Source: Armatimonadota bacterium
Lineage (GTDB): Bacteria; Armatimonadota; SYMT01
Assembly: GCA_046292385.1 (NCBI GenBank)
Contig: JBKBRF010000023.1
Coordinates: 32,001 to 96,000 of the forward strand
Direction of reading: 5' to 3'
DNA length: 64,000 bases
In this document: piece by piece, positions 59,526-64,000 of the stretch
How the letters are laid out: each line of letters starts with the position of its first letter
How positions within the stretch are numbered: position 1 is the first letter of the stretch
Position numbers and translations under genes: made by a program
The notes under the pieces: model-generated
What the model was told of the DNA's origin: nothing
The model's database searches: none
Seen by the model: the letters and a program-made list of their open reading frames with translations, nothing else

Positions 59526-60355
59526 AGCCGAAGCTGCGCTGGCTCGGGGTGCTGGGCAGTCACGCCGCGCTGGTGGCGCTGGGCGCGCTCTTCTTTCTGC
59601 CGTTCTTCTGGCTCGTGAGCACCAGCTTGAAGGCAGACGCGGAGCTCTTCTCCGCGGAGATGGTCTGGCTCCCGGCGCGGCCGCAGTGGCAGAACTACCG
59701 GGAAGCGGTGCGATACATCCCGTTCTTTCTCTTTCTGAAGAACACGCTGGTGATCTGCGCGCTGAGCGTGGTGGGGACCGTCTTCTCGTCGTCGCTCGTC
59801 GCCTACAGCTTCAGCCGCATCCGCTGGCCCGGACGGGACGCCCTCTTCGTGCTGCTGCTGGCGACGATGATGCTCCCGGCCCAGGTGACGATGATCCCGG
59901 TCTTCTCGATCTTCCGCGCGCTTGGGTGGGTCGATACGATCCTGCCGCTGGTGGTGCCGACCTTCCTCGGTACCGCCTTCTTCATCTTCATGCTGCGGCA
60001 GTTCTTCCTCTCGATCCCGCACGAGCTCTCCGACGCGGCCCGGATCGACGGCTGCTCCGAGTGGGACATCTACCGCCGCGTGGTGATGCCGCTCTCTCGC
60101 CCGGCGCTCGCCACGGTGGGGCTCTTCACCTTCATCGCGGCGTGGAACGACTTCGCCGGGCCCCTGCTCTACCTGAACGACGAGCGGAAGGCGACGCTCT
60201 CCCTCGGGCTGCAGCAGTTCGTGACGCAGCACGGCACCGAGTGGTCGCTCCTGATGGCCGCCTCCACGCTGATGACGATCCCGATCATCGTGCTCTTCTT
60301 CCTGGCGCAGCGGACCTTCATCCAGGGCATTACCCTCACCGGGATCAAGGGGTAG
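59522..60355 (+). CDS. Carbohydrate ABC transporter permease
   Basis: ELSDAARIDGCS and WNDF motifs. ATG at 59522 overlaps the previous stop. Confidence 0.92.
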   Translation: MKPKLRWLGVLGSHAALVALGALFFLPFFWLVSTSLKADAELFSAEMVWLPARPQWQNYREAVRYIPFFLFLKNTLVICALSVVGTVFSSSLVAYSFSRIRWPGRDALFVLLLATMMLPAQVTMIPVFSIFRALGWVDTILPLVVPTFLGTAFFIFMLRQFFLSIPHELSDAARIDGCSEWDIYRRVVMPLSRPALATVGLFTFIAAWNDFAGPLLYLNDERKATLSLGLQQFVTQHGTEWSLLMAASTLMTIPIIVLFFLAQRTFIQGITLTGIKG

Positions 60356-60634
60356 AGCGCGGCCGGTCGGAGCCCTGCCGGACGGGAGACGGACGAGAGT
60401 GTCTCCGGGCGAGGCCTCCCGTCTCCGCCCGAACGTCAAGCGATATGCCTCTCCTTTCGTTCGGAGAAAGGGGACTCGCGTGCAGCTCCCTTCCTGGTGT
60501 ATACTGGCGCCAAACTGGAAAGAAGCTTGGTGGGAACGGCCCGCCCACCCGGGCAGCGCCGCGCGATGGTTTGGCAGTCGCGGTGGTGCCCCTTCTGTTG
60601 TGAGTCGAGGGCCTTAGGAGTAAGTGGCGAGCCT

Positions 60635-60853
60635 ATGCCGCGTGAAGACATGATTACGGTCGAGGGGACGGTGGTGCAGCGTCTCCCCGCCGCGGAATTC
60701 AAGATCGAGCTGACCACCGGGCACACCATCACCGGGTACCTCTCCGGCAAGACCCGGCGCAATTTCATTCGCATCCTGCAGGGCGATAAGGTGCGGGTGG
60801 AGATGTCTCCGTACGACCTCACCCGAGGCCGCATCGTCTACCGGCTGAAGTAG
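60635..60853 (+). CDS. infA: Translation initiation factor IF-1
   Basis: 72 aa, [26 protein letters not shown]. Confidence 0.95.
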   Translation: MPREDMITVEGTVVQRLPAAEFKIELTTGHTITGYLSGKTRRNFIRILQGDKVRVEMSPYDLTRGRIVYRLK

Positions 60854-60952
60854 CGCGGGCAGCTTCGGTCCGGTCCCCGCGCACGGCTCTCGGCCCCGCC
60901 GAACCGCGCGCTCGTCCCCCACCGCCCGCACCCACTCGATCGGGAGGTTGGC

Positions 60953-62824
60953 GTGGAGGGCTCTTCCAAGAAGACCCACTGGCACCCCTGGCTAGCGCTG
61001 GGGCTGGTTCCGGCCCTGCTCTACCTGGGGCTGTTCTGCGCGTTCACCTACCCGCTGATCGAGCGCTTCTCGACCCACCTCTTCTGCGACACCGGAGACG
61101 GGCTGCAGAACGTCTGGAACATCTGGTGGGTCAACAAGGCGGTGACGGAGCTCGGGACCCACCCGTGGTTCACGCGGGAGGTGCAGTTCCCGCACGGCAC
61201 CACGCTCATCGGGCAGACCCTGAACCCGTTCAACGGCTTCGTCTGCGTCGGGCTGCTCCCGTTCCTCTCCCTCACGCAGGCCCACAACGCGATGGTGGTC
61301 TTCTCCTTCATGATGGGAGGGCTCACCGCGTTCTGGCTGGCCCATCACGTCACGAAGTCGTATCCGGGCAGCCTGGTGGGTGGGGCGGTCTACACCTTCT
61401 CCAGCTACCACTTCGCGCACGCGCAGGGGCACCTGCAGCTCGTGTCGCTGGAGTGGATCCCCCTTTTCCTGCTCTCCTGGCTGGTGCTGCTCCACCGGCC
61501 CAGCGTGCGCGCGGGGCTCTTCGCGGCGGGCGCGCTCTTCCTGGTGATCCTCTGCGACTACTACTACTTCTTCTGCAGCGTGGTCGCCGCGGTGCTGATC
61601 CTCGCCTACTACGGGCTGCGCGCGCGGAAGCTCTCCTGGAAGCAGATCCTCTGGAACGACCTGCTCCGGATCAATCCGTTCAGCCGCCAGGCGCTGGAGA
61701 CGGAGACGTTCCGCAGCATCGTCCGCCGCTGGCCGGAGTTCCGGGCGCGCTACCTGGCGCCGCTGGCCGCCTTTGCCGTCGCCGCACTCTGCAGCTCCGG
61801 GGTGCTCGCCATCACCCTGCTGGCGACCGGCGCGCGGGATCCGTTCTTTCCGCCCGGCCACCCGCCGGACCTCTTCTCGCTCGACCTTCCGGCGGTGCTG
61901 ATCCCGGGCGGACACTGGCGCTTCGCGGAGTGGACCCGGTGGTACTGGTCGCGGCTGCCGGGCGTCATCCATGAGAGCAGTGTCCACCTCGGCGTCTCCG
62001 TCCTGGCGCTCACGGCGATCGCCTGGGCGTGCCGGCGGCGGGCCGGGGCACGCGACCTGGGCCTGTGGCTCACGGTGCTGCTCGTCTTCTTCGTGCTCGC
62101 GCTCGGTCCTTACCTGCGGGTCGGCGGCTCCCCGCTCGGGTACGTGAAGCTGCCCTACGCGTGGATGACGGACCTCTTCCCTCCACTCACACTCGGCGGG
62201 ATGCCGGTGCGCCTGATCGTGATGGTCACCCTGGCGGCGGGAGTGCTGGCGGCGGCTGGGATCGGTGTCCTGGCGCGGGCGGGGACCGCCGGCCGGCTTG
62301 CTGCCGCCGCCTTCGTGCTCCTCTGGGCGTTTGAGATCGCGCCGTCGGAGCGTCCCGCCTCTCGCCTGGAGACGCCGCGCTACGTCACGCTGCTCCAGGA
62401 GCAGCCCGGGCGCGAGGCCGTCTTCGATCTCGTCAGCGGCCTCTCGGAGGGCCTCTACTGGCAGACGGTGTACGACCGCCCCCAGGCGTTCGGCTATATC
62501 TCCCGCTGGCCGCGCTCGGTCAAGGTGAAGAACAACCAGATCCGGCGCCTGGAGCATCGAGCGCAGTGGGAGCTGCTCTATCCCCGGTTCGGCATCCGCT
62601 ACCTGATCGCGCCGGCCGGCACCGCCGCGGACCGAAGGCATTCCGGCATCCGGCGGATGTACGCGGATCACAACGCGGAGCTCTACGACCTCCTCGGCAC
62701 GCGCGACGTGAAAGAGCCGGTCAAGCCGTGGGCGCCGCCCCCGCCAGCGCCGGCAATCCGGAACGGGCCCGCGGGTACCGCGCGCCACCCGCAGCCGGTG
62801 CTGCGCCCCGGCAGCGTCCGTTAG
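60953..62824 (+). CDS. Polytopic membrane protein, GT-C/YfhO-like glycosyltransferase
   Basis: GDGLQNVWNIWW, Y.FSSYHFAH..GHLQL and many TM helices. Confidence 0.65.
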   Translation: MEGSSKKTHWHPWLALGLVPALLYLGLFCAFTYPLIERFSTHLFCDTGDGLQNVWNIWWVNKAVTELGTHPWFTREVQFPHGTTLIGQTLNPFNGFVCVGLLPFLSLTQAHNAMVVFSFMMGGLTAFWLAHHVTKSYPGSLVGGAVYTFSSYHFAHAQGHLQLVSLEWIPLFLLSWLVLLHRPSVRAGLFAAGALFLVILCDYYYFFCSVVAAVLILAYYGLRARKLSWKQILWNDLLRINPFSRQALETETFRSIVRRWPEFRARYLAPLAAFAVAALCSSGVLAITLLATGARDPFFPPGHPPDLFSLDLPAVLIPGGHWRFAEWTRWYWSRLPGVIHESSVHLGVSVLALTAIAWACRRRAGARDLGLWLTVLLVFFVLALGPYLRVGGSPLGYVKLPYAWMTDLFPPLTLGGMPVRLIVMVTLAAGVLAAAGIGVLARAGTAGRLAAAAFVLLWAFEIAPSERPASRLETPRYVTLLQEQPGREAVFDLVSGLSEGLYWQTVYDRPQAFGYISRWPRSVKVKNNQIRRLEHRAQWELLYPRFGIRYLIAPAGTAADRRHSGIRRMYADHNAELYDLLGTRDVKEPVKPWAPPPPAPAIRNGPAGTARHPQPVLRPGSVR

Positions 62825-63112
62825 CCGCAGGACTGGCGGGCTGCCCCGGCAAGCCCCCTCGGTCCCCCGGCAGTCTCCTCGCTGCTGGCGTCCTCCGGGT
62901 TCGGTGCCGCCGAGACACAAAAAGTTGTGTAGTGCGCCAGAACGGCGGGCATCCTCGGTAGCAACCAGCGCAGAGCGCCGCGGGCTCCATCGGCCCCCCT
63001 CCGGGCAGCCGGCCTCCATGGAGACAGGAGTCTCCGGCTCCTCCCAGGTCTCCCATCGGAAACACCTGATCTCCTGCGGCACTCTGCGCCGAGCCGAACG
63101 GAGATCGGAATC

Positions 63113-64000
63113 ATGCAGCAATCAATCCCCACTTTCGCGGGAGCGCCGACGAGATGGCGCAAGGGCTTCCTCGTGGCGGGCGTCGGACTGGTCGGCACGC
63201 TCCTGGCACATTCCGCGAGCAGCGTGCAGGCCGGTGCCGCCGCGCCGGAAGTCGTCGATCCAAACCTGGCGGTGCGGACGGTGGTGAGCGGCCTGGACCA
63301 GCCCACGAGCATGGCGTTCATCGGGGAGAACGACTTCCTCGTCCTGGAGAAGGCGACCGGGCGGGTGCGGCGCGTCACCAATGGCGCGGTGCAGGGTACG
63401 GTGCTGGACCTCCCGGTGAACAGCGGGTCGGAGCGTGGGCTCCTGGGAATCGCGCTCCACCCGAGATTCCCGCAGGACCCCGGCGTCTACCTGTTCTGGA
63501 CGGAGTCGACCACCGGCGCCGACACCGAAGTGCTCAGCGAGACGCCGCTCCTGGGGAACCGGGTCGACCGGTTTACCTGGAATGGGACGGCGCTCACGAT
63601 GGACCGGAACATCATCCGCCTCCGCGCTCTGCAGCAGGACGCCAACCAGCCGGAGCGGGGCAACCATAACGGCGGGGTCCTGCGCTTCGGGCCCGACTGC
63701 AGGCTCTATATCATGGTGGGCGACGTCGGTCGCCGCGGGCAGATGCAGAACCTGCCGGACGGCCCGTTCGGCAGCGGACTCCCGGACGACCAGTTCGGAG
63801 GTCCCGAGCCGGACGATGCCCACCTGACGGGCGTGATCCTGCGCTTGAACGACGACGGCACGGCTCCCCGGGACAACCCGTTCTTCCGGGCCGGCGCGCT
63901 TCGCGGCGGCGAGGTCGGCGAGAATCTCCAGAAAGTCTTCGCCTACGGCGTCCGCAACAGCTTCGGCATGGCGTTCGAGCCGCGTACCGGCCGGCTCTGG
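63113..64000 (+). CDS. PQQ-dependent sugar dehydrogenase (GSDH family), truncated by window end
   Basis: Translated by hand: signal peptide, GLDQPTSMAF, ERGLLGIALHP, NHNGGVLRFGPD and YGVRNSFGMAF. Confidence 0.88.
   Translation, partial: MQQSIPTFAGAPTRWRKGFLVAGVGLVGTLLAHSASSVQAGAAAPEVVDPNLAVRTVVSGLDQPTSMAFIGENDFLVLEKATGRVRRVTNGAVQGTVLDLPVNSGSERGLLGIALHPRFPQDPGVYLFWTESTTGADTEVLSETPLLGNRVDRFTWNGTALTMDRNIIRLRALQQDANQPERGNHNGGVLRFGPDCRLYIMVGDVGRRGQMQNLPDGPFGSGLPDDQFGGPEPDDAHLTGVILRLNDDGTAPRDNPFFRAGALRGGEVGENLQKVFAYGVRNSFGMAFEPRTGRLW

Overview
High-GC bacterial chromosome segment from a diderm (it encodes a secretin). Armatimonadota is a plausible guess from gene content but is unverified. It holds about 60 CDSs: a cytidylyltransferase/CDP-alcohol phosphotransferase pair, nth, a ClC antiporter, a VIT-vWA protein, a NitT/TauT-type ABC operon with ASPIC/UnbV and UnbU-like genes, an ECF sigma/anti-sigma pair, a complete type II secretion cluster (E-F-G-H-I-J-K-L-M-C-D), a sugar ABC transporter and infA. 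Two signals are not explained by the ORF track. (1) Five dispersed, diverged copies of a non-coding element (four of ~310-390 nt, one short form of ~190 nt) keep 15-16 bp long-range helices through compensatory changes, which suggests a large structured RNA or ssDNA element family; two copies sit back-to-back inside the ABC operon. (2) The ABC substrate-binding gene has an in-frame TGA in GFLPVT*HLTCPV followed by a SECIS-like hairpin, so it probably encodes a selenoprotein. REP-like palindromes are also present, and one inverted pair brackets an orphan gene. No rRNA, tRNA, CRISPR array, transposase or reverse transcriptase was recognised.
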